64,000 nt of DNA from positions 6,634,001 through 6,698,000 of the forward strand of contig OZ260661.1 of assembly GCA_965285935.1 (NCBI GenBank), given 5' to 3'. Below the pieces are notes generated by a model. It made no database searches. It was given only the letters and a program-made list of their open reading frames with translations, and was not told where the DNA came from. Origin of the DNA: Ophelia neglecta (taxonomy: Eukaryota). The position numbers and the translations under genes are program-made. Positions 1 through 14,353 of this stretch are shown here, one piece after another. The first letter of the stretch is position 1, and each line of letters starts with the position of its first letter.

Positions 1-1109
1 CTTTTGAACTCATTAACAAGACTGTTTGCACCTCAAGAAATGCATACCTGTCTGTGTTTAGGGGAGTGACTTATGTATCTATCATATTACAATAATACCT
101 ACCGCAATAATGTTCCCACCTTTCCCAAGTTAGTTAACACGGTATCCATCTTATATAATATACCTATCTATTTGATCCGTGGGAGTTCCCCGAGGGAGGG
201 GACCACCAAGACCTAAACCCCGACATCTTCAAACGCGTTATGAACCTACTGGCCGTGTATCCATGGTACGGAGTTCCTGAAGAGCACCCACCAGAACCTT
301 GATTCTGACGTCTGAATCACATTACAACCTACTTACCGTTTATCCATACTTGGGAGTGACTTTAGAGCGTCCACTAGGAGTCAAGGACCTTGTCCCCAAC
401 GTCTTTAAACACGCTATAATCAACTCACAATTCATCCATGTTACGGAGTTCCTAAGGGGCGTCCACCAGGACCCTGTCCCCACTTTTACAATCATTTCAT
501 AAACCTGCTATTTTTTTTATCAAACCGGGGGAGTTCCTGGAAAGCGTTCACCAGGACCTTGTCCCCGACTTCTGTTAACACGCAAAGGACCTACTTACCG
601 TTTATTCAGTCCTGAGGTTATCCTGACAAGGGTCCACGAGAACCTTTTCTCCAGCGTCTCCAAACACCTTATATCCTACTTAGTGTTTATTCAAGCACGG
701 GAAGTCCTGGAAAGCATCCAGCACGACCGTCCGAAACGTCATCCCTCTTTTTATCTACAGAACAAACCAGTCAAGTATAACTTTCGTACATCTTTTAAAC
801 TGGTCACACTTTTACACTACCATATCCATATACGTACAAAAGGATTAGTCACCATCAATCATATTATTGTATAAACAATTAAAAACCATGTTCCATCTTG
901 CTTACCGCCTTGGCATGTCAGTTAAGTCCAACACGCCGGCCTTTATCATTACTCTTTTTGTCTTACAACAGAGCCGTCTATTCTCAGAATATCGTGTTAA
1001 CCAGCCTATCATGGAAAAGATATAAGTTGTGAAAATATCAAATGTGCAAAGTCACTATTTACACTCTAACGATGTTTAATATTATCAGTCTCTAAGCGTA
1101 TAAAATATA

Positions 1110-1254
1110 CTCCCCGAATGAGTCCCTTGGTGTCCCCGAATGAGTCCCTTGGTGTCCCCGAATGTGTCCCTTGGTGTCCCCGAATGAGTCCCTTGGTGTC
1201 CCCGAATGAGTCCCTTGGTGTCCCCGAATGAGTCCCTTGGTGTCCCCGAATGAG
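1110..1254. repeat. 22-bp minisatellite (TGTCCCCGAATGAGTCCCTTGG), ~6.5 copies
   Basis: Direct tandem copies, followed by GAGTAAGGCACATGG. Confidence 0.95.
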
Positions 1255-4200
1255 TAAGGCACATGGACCGGGTCGGCCTATTCACCACTTGTATCCAGAA
1301 ATGTCCTACCATACTGGTTTTCTTGCGCAGAAGTCTATTATTTGCCTCCAGGAGCGGAGTGAGGACCTTCTGTATCCCTCGTACCCATCTACTGACCTTA
1401 TACAAGGAATGAGTAGGGCATGTGGACAGATTATTCACCGTTTTATCCATATAAGCCTTAACATCTTCCTTTTCTTACCAAGTCAAGTCATGGACTCCTC
1501 TCCAGGAGCGGAACGAGGACACTTCTGTTTCCGCCGTATTTAGCTACTCATCTAATACAAGGCTGAATACACTGCATGGTGGATTTCTGATTGAGAATTC
1601 CGTTTTAGTATTTGTGGGGTGCATAATTAAGTAATAAGTATTTGTTTTGTTCAATTAAGGGACTTTCTTATCTTCTCTTTTGTAACAAATTCAGGAAAGA
1701 ACAGCGGCTTTTATCTATTTCAATTGCGCCAGCCCTCATTTATTCAACAAACAAATCGTGTTTTACCTGGAAGTTGCCGACACCTACTTCCCTTCCCCCT
1801 CACTCGCGCCACTTCTTTACCAAAAAAAGGGAGCGAGCAGCATTCGGTTCTGTTTTTAATAAAAGAAAGGAAATGCAGTTGTTGTGAGAGCATGTTGCTT
1901 TTCATAAAAACCCTTCAATTTTGTATATAATCCAGCACCAATGAACAGACCTTCTGCATACACCACAAAATTAAGCCCCTGGCGTCCCCTGGCGCCCATG
2001 TCGGAAGGCTACTGTCGGCATGTTTTCCAGTATTATTACTTTTACCTTGGTCTCGATACATCGAAACGTGTATTTTCTTACCTAAGCCAGGTGTCACCGA
2101 TACTGTTATTGTCAAGGTATGTACGCTAAGAATGTTGTCTGCGAACCAAACGTTACATTAAAAAGGACGTCTACAGACCAGTTTTCTGAAAGTTATATAA
2201 TCTGAGCTTTTGAACACATTAACAAAACTGTATGCACCTCAAGAAATGCATACCTGTCTGTGTTTAAGGGAGTGACTTATGTATCTATCATATAACAATA
2301 AAACCCACCGCGATAATGTTCCCACCTTAGCCAGGTTAGTTAACACCGTATCCATCTTATATAATATACCTATCTATTTGATCCGTGGGAGTTCCCCGAG
2401 GGAGGGGACCACCAAGACCTAAACCCCGACATCTTCAAACGCATAATGAACCTACTGAGTGTATCCATGGTACTGAGTTCCTGAAGAGCATCCACCAGGA
2501 CCTTGACCCTGACGTCTGCAAACACATTACAACCTACCTACCGTTTAATCATACTTGGGAGTGACTTTAGAGTCTCCACTAGGAGTCAAGGACCTTGTCC
2601 CCAACGTCTTTAAACACACTATAACCAACTCACCATTCATCCATGTTACGGAGTTCCTGAAGGGCGTCCACCAGGACCTTGTCCCGACTTCTGCAATCAC
2701 TTCATGAACCTACATTCTTGTTATCAAAGCTGGGGAGTTCCTGGAAAGCGTTCACCAGGACCTTGTCCCGACTTCTGTCAACAAGCAACGGACCTACTTA
2801 CCGTTTTTTTTAGTCCTGGGGAGCTCCTGACTAGGGCCCACGAGAACCTTTTCTCCAGCGTCTCCAAACACCTTATATCCTACTTAGTGTTTATTCAAGC
2901 ACGGGAGGTCCTGGAGAGCATCCAGCACGACCTTCCGAAACGTCATCCCTCTTTTATGTACATAACAAACAGTCAAGTATAACTTTCGTACATCTTTTAA
3001 ACTGGTCACACTTGAACACTACCTTATCCATCTACGTACGAAAGTGATTTGTCACCATCCATCTAATTATTGAATGAATAATTAAAAACTATGTTCCATC
3101 TTGCTGACCGCCTTGGCATGTCAGTTAAGTCTAACACGCCTGCCTTTATCATTACTCGTTTTGTCGTACAACGGAGAAGTTTACTCTCAGAATATCGTGT
3201 CAACCAGCCTATCATGTAATAGATATAAAAAAGAATATCAAATGTGCATAATAACCATTTACACAAAAACAAGTTTTAATATTATCAATCTCTAAACGTA
3301 AAAACATACTACGTTTTTACTCTAGGGTGACCCCTGAAGCCGTCTGCCAGGACTGGGCCCCGGGTCCTTCCATATTGATATAAATATTATTACTGTTTTA
3401 GGCATTACGCCCCTGGCGCCCCCTGGCAGAAAGGTACCGTGTCCACGACTTCTTCCAACACGCAAAGGACCTAATTACCGCTTATACAGCCCTGGAAGCT
3501 TGTGGCCCGGGTCCACGAGTACCTTGTCTCCAGCGTCTCCAAATACCTTATATCCTTAATTTTATTATTGTTATAAATATACTAATTGTTTAATCCTTGG
3601 AGGCCGTCACCAGGACTTTTATCTCAAAGGTGCCTATCAGTCCTGTGAAACCTACTAACCAGGTCTCTATCTCCCGTTATCCCCTGTAGGTGTCCACCAG
3701 TCTGTGGTTTCCCGTAGTGTATGTTACCATCTGTGTAAAAGGCCTATTACATTGACACTACATTGTAAAATGAGGGTCTCTTCTCCTCTCACGACATCTT
3801 CAGAAGCTTACTTACCGTTAAAGTGACCACTGGATGCAGAATGCTACTGTCTGCATGTGTTCCGGTATTAGGCCCCTGGCGCCCCCTGGCAGAGGGCTAC
3901 TGTCTGCATGTGTTCCGGTATTAGGCCCCTGTCGCCCCCTGGCAGAGGGCTACTGTCTGCATGGGTTCCAGTATTACCCCTGCCGCCCCTGAGGGTCCCT
4001 TCTCCTCCCACGACATCGTCAGAAGCTTACTTACCATTAAAGTGTCCATTGTATAGAGAATGCTACTGTCTGCCTGTGTACCGGTATAAGCCCTTGGCGC
4101 CCCCTGGCAGAAGACTACTGTCTGCATGGGTTCCGGTATTAGGCCCTTGGCGCCCCCTGGCCGAAAGCTACTGTCTGCATGTGTTCAGGTATTATTATTC

Positions 4201-5404
4201 TTACCTTGGTCCCGATACATCGACACGTTTATTTTGTTTACCTTAGCTAAGCGTCACCAATACTGTTATTGTGCAGATCTAAACGCCGAGAATGTTGTTT
4301 TCAAACCATACGTTACAAGGACGTCTACAGACAAGTTACCTGAAAGTCATCTAATTTGAATGTTTGTACACATTATCAAGACTTTATGCAATTCTATAAA
4401 TGCATACCTGTCTGTGTTTAAGGGAGTGACTTATGTATCTAAAACCCACCGCGATAATGTTCCCACCTTTGCCAGGTTAGTTAACACGGTATCCATCTTA
4501 TATAATATACCTATCTATTTGATCCGTGGGAGTTCCCCGAGGGAGGGGACCACTAAGACCTAAACCCAGACATCTTTAAATGCGTTATGAACCTACTGAG
4601 TGTATCCATGGTACTGAGCTCCTGAAGAGCATCCACTAGGACCTTGATTCTGACGTCTGCAATCACATTACAACCTACTTACAGTTTAATTAGTCCAGTC
4701 AGTACCTTTAGAGTGTCCTCTAGAAGTCAAGGGCCTTGTCCCAAACGTCTTTAAACACACTATAACCAACTCACCATTCTTCCATGCTACGGAGTTCCTG
4801 ATGGGCGTCCACCAGGACCTTGCTCCGACTTCTGCAATCACTTCATGAACCTACATTCTTGTTATCAAAGCTGGAAAGCGTCCACTAGAACCTTGTCCCC
4901 GACTTCTTCCAACACACAAAAGACCTACTTACCGTTTATTCAGTCCTTGGGAGCTCCTGACTAGAGCCTACGAGAACCTTTTCTCTAGCGTCTCCTTATA
5001 TCCTACTTAGTGTTTATTTAAGCACCGGAGGTCCTGGAGAGCATCCAGCTCGACTGTCCAAAACGTCACCCCTCATTTTATCTACAGAACAAACCAGTCA
5101 AGTCTAACTTTCGTACCGAGTGTCAGTGACTAGAGGTTATATGAAAACGTCACTTCTCTTCGTATATATACATATGTATGTTCTTACCTTAGCCCCTACG
5201 TCACCTATACTGTTGTTATCCAGGTCTTAACCTTGGAGTATTGTCTTCATATTAATTGGTACATATACAAGGAAATCAAAAGAGCAGTTATCTGTAAGTC
5301 ATCATATTAGAGCTTACACCTGTTACACCTGACGTACTTACCTCCCATGCTATCTGGTCTGGTTAGTCAGGTATTGTACACAAGATTTCAGCGCTACTCT
5401 GTCT

Positions 5405-5537
5405 GTCTTACAGCGGAGAATACTACTCTCCTAATATCATGTCAAACTGTCTTACAGCGGAGAATACTACTCTCCTAATATCATGTCAAACTGTCTTACA
5501 GCAGAGAATACTACTCTCCTAATATCATGTCAAACTG
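5405..5537. repeat. 44-bp local tandem triplication inside an array module
   Basis: TGTCTTACAGCGGAGAATACTACTCTCCTAATATCATGTCAAAC x3; single-copy in the paralogous modules near 15155 and 17799. Confidence 0.9.
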
Positions 5538-7370
5538 CCTATCATTAAATACCCATCCGTTGAGAGAGTATCTAATGCACATGATAAGCAGTTACATAAA
5601 ATTCCTTTTCTTACCTTTATTGCTCTCCAGGAGCGGGACGAGGACCCTTCTGTGTTCTAACCTATTACAAGGTTGAAGGCACAGCGAGCGAGCTTTCTAC
5701 TTTAGAATTCCATTCTTACGGTGGTGGGGTGATATTTCATTTGTAGGGAATTGGTTTATTTTATTATTCTACTTTCTTATATTCTCCTTAGTAACAAGCT
5801 AGAATAGAATAGCGTTTTTACACAAAAGTACCAGACACATGCCTACCTCGCTCTTGCTCCTTGGTACCTCGGTGTAGGGCCTGTATCAGGGATGGATGCA
5901 TGGCCCCTGGTATATACCCAATGTAGAGCCTGTATATGTGTACAGATGTGAAGTGTCTCGCAGATTCAGGTCAGGCCAACTGTCAGTTACTACTTACACT
6001 AGGGCTGTCTTGTGCTATACTACATACCGGAGGGCTATCTCGTGTTACTCCTCAGGAGCCTCGCCAGGTACTGCTCACATCTACTGTCAGCGAGTGGGCT
6101 ATCGTCAAATATGTATAAGCTGTGGCCCTTCCCTCCAACCATTGATAGCAATTTACTCGGGTGGTGTTATCTTACCTCATATCACCGTCTTCCTCCTTAA
6201 TGGTCTCAAGACTCAAACATCAGGACACTTTAAGCAAGTCATTTACTTCAAGTGATATATGGTACATGGCTGACAGATGTTTAAGCAACAGACAGATGGA
6301 ATTGTTTGGACCATTAAGCTAGTCACAGTTCTTCACTACCATATCAATCTACGTACGAAAAGGATTTGTCATCATCCATCATATTATTGAATAAATAATT
6401 AAATACAATGTTCCATCTTGCTTACCGCCTTGGCATGTCTGTTAGTCCAACACGCCGGCCTTTATCACCACTCGTTTTGTCTTACAACAGAGAAGTTTAA
6501 TGTCAGAATATCGTGTCAACCAGCCTATCATGTAATAAATATAAAATAGAATATCCAGTGTCCATAATTACCATTAACACCAAAACCAGGTTTAATATTA
6601 TCAATCTCTAAACGTATAAAACATACTTCGTTTTTACTCTAGGGTGAGCCCTTAAGCCGTCTGCGAGGATTGTGTCCCCAGGTACTTCCATATTGATATA
6701 AATATTATTAGTGTGTTAGGCATTGCGCCCCTGGCGCCCCCTGGCAGACAGTTACTGTGTCCTCGACTTCTTCCAACACGCAAAAGACCTACTTACCGTT
6801 TATACAGCCTTGGAAGCTCGTGGCCAGGGCCCAAGAAAACCTTTTCTCCAGCGTCTCCAAATACCTTATATCCATAATTTTATTATTGTTATAAATATAC
6901 TAATTGTTTAATCCTTGGAGGCCGTCACCAGGACTTTTATCTCGAAAGTGCCTATCAGTCCTGTGAAACTTACTAACTAGGTCTCTATCTCCCGTTATCC
7001 CCTGTATGTGTCCACCAGTCTGTGGTTTCCCGTATGGTTTCTTCCCATCTGTGTAAAAGGCCAATTATCATGACACTACAATGTGAAATGATGGTCTCTT
7101 CTCCTCTCACGACATCGTCAGAATCTTACCATTATAGTGACCATTGGAGGCAGAATGCTACTGTCTGTATGTGTTCCGGTATTATTATTTTTACCTTGGT
7201 CCCGATACATCGATAAGTTTATTTTGTTTACCTAATCCATGCCTCACCAATACTGTTATTGTGCAGATCTAAACGCCGAGAATGTTTTTCTCAAACCATA
7301 CGTTACATGGACGTCTACAGACCAGTTTCCTGAAAGTCATCTAATATGAATATTTGTACACATTAACAAG

Positions 7371-9499
7371 GAGCCATAGGCAACGGTATAAGACGGCTTA
7401 GTTGCCGAGTACAGAGTTCATACTGGCTATTCTTTTTAAAGACGTAGATAAATGTGTAAAGCAATTAGAATGAACAACAAAAATGGAGACCATATTTCTA
7501 AAAGTGCGTACTTCTATTAAAGTCCCGTTAATGAGAAAGTCGCGCCTTTATAAACGCCCTAGTTCAGTTTAAAATCTTCGAAAAATACCCCTGCTAGTAA
7601 TGAAAAGAACGTTATCAGTTATGATAATTCTTTGACCGGATGACAATCACCGCAAAGCTACCATTCAGTATGTTCGAGAAAATCGCCGCTTGTACTTCTT
7701 AGGCCTTAGCATAAAAAAATAGTTTTTGTTACAAGAAAACATATACAGTTGCATTGTTCTTTTGAATTATACACCTTGTTTAGTTAGCTTAGTTTAGTTA
7801 AGTTTATTCACTGTAAACATAAAAAATACAAGTAAACTATAAAATGATATTGCACATATATATGCATGACTAAATGGCACAGGACAGACTAGACTTGTAT
7901 CACAGTGAAAAGGATAGCACCAGAAAGTCACAATAGTAACTTATTTCCATATTGGTCCCAGGGGTATGCATAACAGAAGGCACAGAAGAGTATATAAAAA
8001 AAAAAGTATTAAAATGTATTTTTTTAAAACTCCGCAGCTCTGCTGAGCCTTGAATTGGCCTCCTGCTGATTCCAAAAGTTAACCTAGAGTCTGATGCCTA
8101 ACCAACTGTACCACGGAGACCAACTACACGATCAATTTCAATACTTGTATTATCGAAGTGCCAACTCAACGAGACACGTGTTCAGAGCCCAAAATTAGCC
8201 ACACAATGGCGCAAAGACGATGCAAGCCTCACACATCAACGAGAATTCTCAGCCTCATCCTAATAGATTCATTTAAGAAATCTTATAACCAAAAACAAAA
8301 AGAGATTGTTGACGAACTTTGAAATGTTGTCACTGCTTTTAAGTATGGGTGGTATGGTTTAAACGACCGTGATCACCGCTAGGCTGCACATGAACATGGA
8401 AATACCATGGAAATACCTGCGACAGTATCGTCATCACTGACAGCACGAGAATCATGTAAATACCTGGACTACCAATACTCTTTGTTTCGACCTTCTACAT
8501 CAACAAATGGACTTACGAACATTTTGTCGTCTCCTATGTACCCTCTGTGACCTTGACCTTGCTTTCGAACAAATTGTTGACCCTGGCCCCCCTGACCTTC
8601 ACCCCAGGTCATTCGAGGTCACTACTAGGTCAAGGTCATCACTAACCCGCATGATGATCTCAAATGTCAACGCAATAATTATTAAAAGCCCCACCATTTC
8701 ATGGGTGCGCATGCGCCGAAATTGATTTCCACCCTTCTTTTAGCCCCGACCCAAAGACAAATTTTACGATCAATCCGAACTGAATTGGTTCAACAACACT
8801 GAAGTTATCGTCTAAAACATGTTTGATCACTAGGGTAGTAGTATCCGGCACTTCCGTTCATTTTAGACCCCATATTGTGTCAGACGCATTTTTCGTCTAA
8901 CAGATTCACATAACTTTACGGAGTTTCGGGACGGTTATAAACAAATTCTGTCAGATAGAGCATTTTAAATGATCCGAGGTGGGAAAAAAACCAAAACTTT
9001 GAAAAATTCCCCTGTCCTTGACCTTTGACCCAAAATTTTGAAACTTGCGTAAGATTCTTCTAAGTTCAATGTCAGAACGTGGCTTAAATTTCACAACGCT
9101 ACCACTTAAAATAAAAAAGTGCTTTTTTCCATAATTATCAAAATGTTTGGAACGCTCCAGCGCAAAAAATAACATATCTAGACCCGATCGGTCTGCGACA
9201 GAATTGTTGTCTATGACGTCATGAAAATTTTTGCGCAAACCAGAATATCCGTAGACATTTCATATCCCGACTTATATGATATTTTTTATACATGTGAAAA
9301 AAGTAGGTTTTTTTTATTTCTCTACGCACATCCGGGTCCAATTTTTACCATTTTCGAACTTAACCGGGCCACGCAAATCCCGCGAGTGTCCAGAAGTTTG
9401 AAGGCTCTAGCTCAATTATTACTGCCATTTAGGATGGGGACGACAAGAAATTTGCCAAAATTCATATCTAGGTCAAATACCGATCACAGTATAAGACGG
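7371..9499 (+). mobile_element. Non-autonomous Helentron-associated (HINE-like) element inserted in the array, probably 3'-truncated
   Basis: Interrupts the array motif CACATTAACAAG|ACTGTATGCAA. Begins after AACAAG with a GGCAAC..GTTGCC hairpin. GTATAAGACGG appears at both ends (7386-7396, 9489-9499). Contains internal TTGACCTTTGACC motifs typical of such elements. Confidence 0.55.
7778..7970 (-). mobile_element. Possible LINE (L2/Crack-like) 3'-end fragment nested in the HINE-like element
   Basis: Minus strand shows an AATAAA signal followed by a (CTAAA)n-like tail, preceded by a GGAAATAAG...CTTTCTGGTGCTATCC 3'-UTR-like motif. Confidence 0.3.
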
Positions 9500-10252
9500 A
9501 AGACTGTATGCAAGTCTAGAAATGCATACCTGTCTGTGTTTAAGGGAGTGACTTATGTATCTATCATATTACAATAATACCCACAGCGATAATGTTCCCA
9601 CCTTTGCCAACTTAGTTAACACGGTATCCATCTTATATAATATACCTATCTATTTGATCTGTGGGAGTTCCCCGAGGGAGGGGACCACCAAGACCTAAAC
9701 CCCGACATCTTCAAACGCATTATGAACCTACTGACCGTGTATCCAGGTACTGAGCTCCTGAAGAGCATCCACCAGGGGCGTTCGCCAGGACCTTGTCCCC
9801 ACTTTTACAATCATTTCATAAACCTGCTTTTTTTATCAAACCTGGGGAGTTCCTGGAAAGCGTTCACCAGGACCTTGTCCCCGACTTCTGTCAACACACA
9901 AAGGACCTACTTACCGTTTATTCAGCCCTGGGGAGCTCCTGACTAGGGCCTACGAGAACCTTTTCTTCAGCGTCTCCAAACACCTTATATCCTTCTTAGT
10001 GTTTATTCAAGCACGGGAGGTCCTAGCGAGCATCGAGCACGACCTCCTTGGCATGTCAGTTAAGTCCAACACGCCTGCCTTTATCATCACACGTTTTGTC
10101 TTACAAAAGAGCTGTCTATTCTCAGAATAACGTGTCAACCAGCCTATTATGGCAAAGATATAAGTTGTGTCAGTATCAATTGTGCTGTACATAATCACCA
10201 TTTACACTCAAACGATGTTTAATATTATCAGTCTCTAAACGTATAAAATATA

Positions 10253-10397
10253 CTCCCCGAAAGAGTCCCTTGGTGTACCCGAATAAGTCCATTGGTGTCC
10301 CCGAATGAGTCCCTTGGTGTCCCCGAATGAGTCCCGTTGGGTCCCCGAATGAGTCCCTTGGTCTCCCCGAATGAGTCCCTTGGTCTCCCCGAATGAG
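10253..10397. repeat. 22-bp minisatellite, ~6.5 copies
   Basis: Same unit and same right flank as 1110-1254. Confidence 0.95.
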
Positions 10398-12516
10398 TAA
10401 GGCACATGGACCGCGTCGGACTATTCACCACTTGTATACATAAATGTCCTTCCATACTGGTTTTCTTGCTCAGAAGTCTTTTATTTGCCTCCAGGAGTGG
10501 AGTGAGGACCCTTCTGTATTCCCCGTACTCATCTACTGACCTAATACAAGGAAGGGGTAGGGCATGTGGACAGATTATTCAGCCGTTTTATCCATATTAG
10601 CCCTAACATCTTCCTTTTCTTACCAAGCCAAGTCATGGACTCCTCTCCAGGAGCGGAACGAGGACACTTCTGTTTTCGCCGTACTTAGCTACTCTTCTCA
10701 TACAAGGCTGAGTACACTATAAGGTAGATTTCTGATTGAGAATTCCGTTTTAAAGTTTGTAGGGTGCATTATTTATTAATAAGAATTTGTTTTGTTCAAT
10801 TTAAGGGCTTTCTAATATTCACTTTTGCACTAAGTCAGAAAAGAGCCTGGGTTTTCATTTATTTCAATTGCGCCAGCCCTCATTTATTCATCACACAAAT
10901 CGGGTTTTACCTGGAAGGTGCCGACACCTACATCCCTCCCCCTCCCTCGCGCCACTTCTGTACCATAAAAGTGAACGAGCAGCATTCGGTTCTGTATTCA
11001 ATAAAAGAGAGGAAATGTTGTTGTGGGAGCTTGTTGCTTGTCATAAAGATCCTTCAATTTCGTATTTAATCCAGTACCAATGAACAGAAATTCTGCATAC
11101 ACCATAATATTAAGCACCTTGCGCCCCCTGGCGTCCCCTGGCGCCCATGTCGGAAGGCTACTGCCGCCATGTTTTCCGATATTATCACTTTTACCTTGGT
11201 CCCGATACATCGAAACGAGTATTTTCTTACCTAAGCCATGTGTCACCGATACTGTTATTGTCCAGGTATATACGCTAAGAATGTGGTCAGCGAATCAAAA
11301 GTTACATTAAAAAAGGACGTCTTCAGACCAGTTATCTGAAAGTCATATAATCTGAGCTTTTGAACACATTAACAAAACTGTATACAACTCTAGAAATGCA
11401 TACCTATATGTGTTTAAGGGAGTGACTTATGTATCTATCATATTACAATAATACCCACCGCGATAATGTTCCCACCTTTCCCAAGTTAGTTAACACGGTA
11501 TCCATCTTATATAATATACCTATCTATTTGATCCGTGGGAGTTCCCCGAGGGAGGGGACCACCAAGACCTAAACCCAGACATCTTCAAACGCGTTTTGAA
11601 CCTACTGACAGTGTATCCATGGTACTGAGCTCCTGAAGAGCATCCACCAAGACCTTGACCCTGACGTCTGCAAACACTTAACAACCTACTTACCGTTTAT
11701 TCATACTTGGGAGTGACTTTAGAGTGTCTACTAGGAGTCAAGGACCTTGTCTCCAACGTCTTTAAACACACTATAACCAACTCACCTTTTATCCAAGCTG
11801 GGGAGTTCCTGGAAAGCGTCCACCAGGACCTTGTCCCCGACTTCTTTCAACACGCAAAGGACCTACTTACCGTTTATTCAGTCCTGGGCAGCTCCGCTCT
11901 AGGGCCCACGAGAACCTTTTCTCCAGCGTCTCCAAACACCTTATATCCCAATTAGTGTTTATTCAAGCACGGGAGGTCCTGGAGAGCATCCAGCAAACAT
12001 CAACCCTCTTTTTATCTACAGAACAAACCAGTCAAGTATAACTTTCGTACATCTTTTAAATTGGTCACACTTCTACACTACCATATCCATCTACGTACGA
12101 AAAGGTTTTGTCACCATCCATCATATTATTGAATAAATAATTAAATACCCAAGTTCGATCTTACTTACCTCTAGGCACGTCAGTTAAGTCCAACACGCCG
12201 GCCTTTATCATTACTCGTTTTGACTTACAACAGAAACGTTTACTCTCAGAATATCGTGTCAACCAGCCTATCATGTAATAGATATAAGTTGAGAGAACTT
12301 CCAATGTGCATAATTACCAATTACACCAAAACGAGGTTTAATATTATCAATCTCTAAACGTATAAAATATATTTGGTTTTTACTCTAGGGTGACCCCTGA
12401 AGCCGTCTGCCAGGACTGTGTCCCCAGGTCCTTCCATATTGAATTGAATATTATTACTGTGTTAGGCATTCCGCTCCTGGCGCCCCCTGGCAGAAAGTTA
12501 CTGTGTCCTCGACTTC

Positions 12517-12816
12517 TTCCAACACGCAAAAGACCTACTTACCGTTTATACAGCCTTGGATGCTCGTGGCCAGGGCCCAAGAAAACCTTTTCTCCAGCGT
12601 CTCCAAATACCTTATATCCTTAATTTTATTATTGTTATAAATATACTAATTGTTTAATCCTTGGAGTTCCAACACGCAAAAGACCTACTTACCGTTTATA
12701 CAGCCTTGGATGCTCGTGGCCAGGGCCCAAGAAAACCTTTTCTCCAGCGTCTCCAAATACCTTATATCCTTAATTTTATTATTGTTATAAATATACTAAT
12801 TGTTTAATCCTTGGAG
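12517..12816. repeat. 150-bp direct tandem duplication
   Basis: TTCCAACACGCAAAAGACC...AATCCTTGGAG starts at 12517 and again at 12667. Confidence 0.9.
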
Positions 12817-14353
12817 GCCGTCACCAGGACTTTTATCTCGAAGGTGCCTATCAGTCCTGTGAAACCTACTAACTAGGTCTCTATCTCCCGTTATCCCCTG
12901 TATGTGTCCACCAGTCTGTGGTTTCCCGTAGTGTTTGTTCCCATCTGTGTAAAAGGCCTTTTATCATGACACTTCATTGTAAAATGAGGGTCCCCTCTCC
13001 TCTCACGACATCGTCATAAGCTTACTTACCATTAAATTGCCCATTGTATGAAGAATGCTACCGTCTGCCTGTGTTCCGGTATTAGGCCCCTGGCGCCCCC
13101 TGGCAGAGGGCTACTATCTGCATGGGTTCCAGTATTACCCCTGCCGCCCCTGAGGGTCCCTTCTCCTCCCACGACATGGTCAGAAGCTTACTTACCATTA
13201 AAGTGCCCATTGTATAGAGAATGCTACTGTCTGCCTGTGTTCCGATATAAGGCCCCTGGCGCCCCCTGGCAGAAGGCTACTGTCTGCATGGGTTCCGGTA
13301 TTAGGGCCTTGGCGCCCCCTGGCCGAAAGCGACTGTCTGCATGTGTTCAGGTATTAGTATTCTTACCTTGGTCCCGATACATCGACACGTTTATTTTGTT
13401 TACCTTAGCCAAGCGTCACCAATACTGTTATTGTGCAGATCTAAACGCCGAGAATGTTGTTTTCAAACCATACGTTTCATGGACGTCTACAGACCAGTTA
13501 TCAGAAAGTCATCTAATTTGAATGTTTGTACACATTGACAAGACTGTATGCAACTCTAGTAATGCATTCCTGTCTGTGTTTAAGGGTGTGACTTATGTAT
13601 CTATCATATTACAATAATACCCACCGCCATAATGTTCCCACCTTTCCCAAGTTAGTTAACACGGTATCCATCTTATATAATATACCTATCTATTTGATCC
13701 GTGGGAGTTCCCCGAGGGTGGGGACCACCAAGACCTTAACCCCGACATCTTGAAACGCGATTTGAACCTGAAGAGCATCCACCAGGACCTTGACCCTGAC
13801 GTCTGCAAACACATTACAACCTAATTACCTTTATCCATACTTGGGAGTGACTTTAGAGCGTCCACCAGGAGTGAAGGACCTTGTCCGCAATGTCTTCAAA
13901 CACATTATAACCAACTCATCATTCATTCATGATACAGAGTTCCTGAAGGGCGTCCACCTGGACCTTATCCCGACTTCTGCAATCACTTCATAAACATTTT
14001 TGCTTTTTATCCAAGCTGGGGAGTTCCTGGAAAGCGTCCACCAGGACCTTGTCCCCGACTTCTTCCAACACACAAAGGACCTACTTACCGTTTAGTCAGT
14101 CCTGGGCAGCTCCGCTCTAGGGCCTACGAGAACCTTTTCTCCAGCGTCTCCAAACATCTTATTTCCTACTAAGTGTTTATTTAAGAACAAGAGGTCCTGG
14201 AGAGCATCCAGCACGACTGTCCAAAACGTCATCCCTCTTTTTATCTACAGAACAAACCAAATCTAACCTTCGTGCCGAGTGTCAGTAAGTAGAAGTTATA
14301 TGAAAACGTCACTTCTCTTCGTATATCTACAAATGTATTTTCGTACCTTAGCC

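Noticed and set aside
179-215. Hairpin ending GGGGACCACCA resembles SRP (7SL) RNA helix 6
   Set aside because: No Alu domain, no helix-8 motif and no Pol III terminator; it aligns with the other 84-bp sub-repeats
1110-1254. Regular 22-bp repeats as a CRISPR array
   Set aside because: No unique spacers, no cas genes, and the context is eukaryotic
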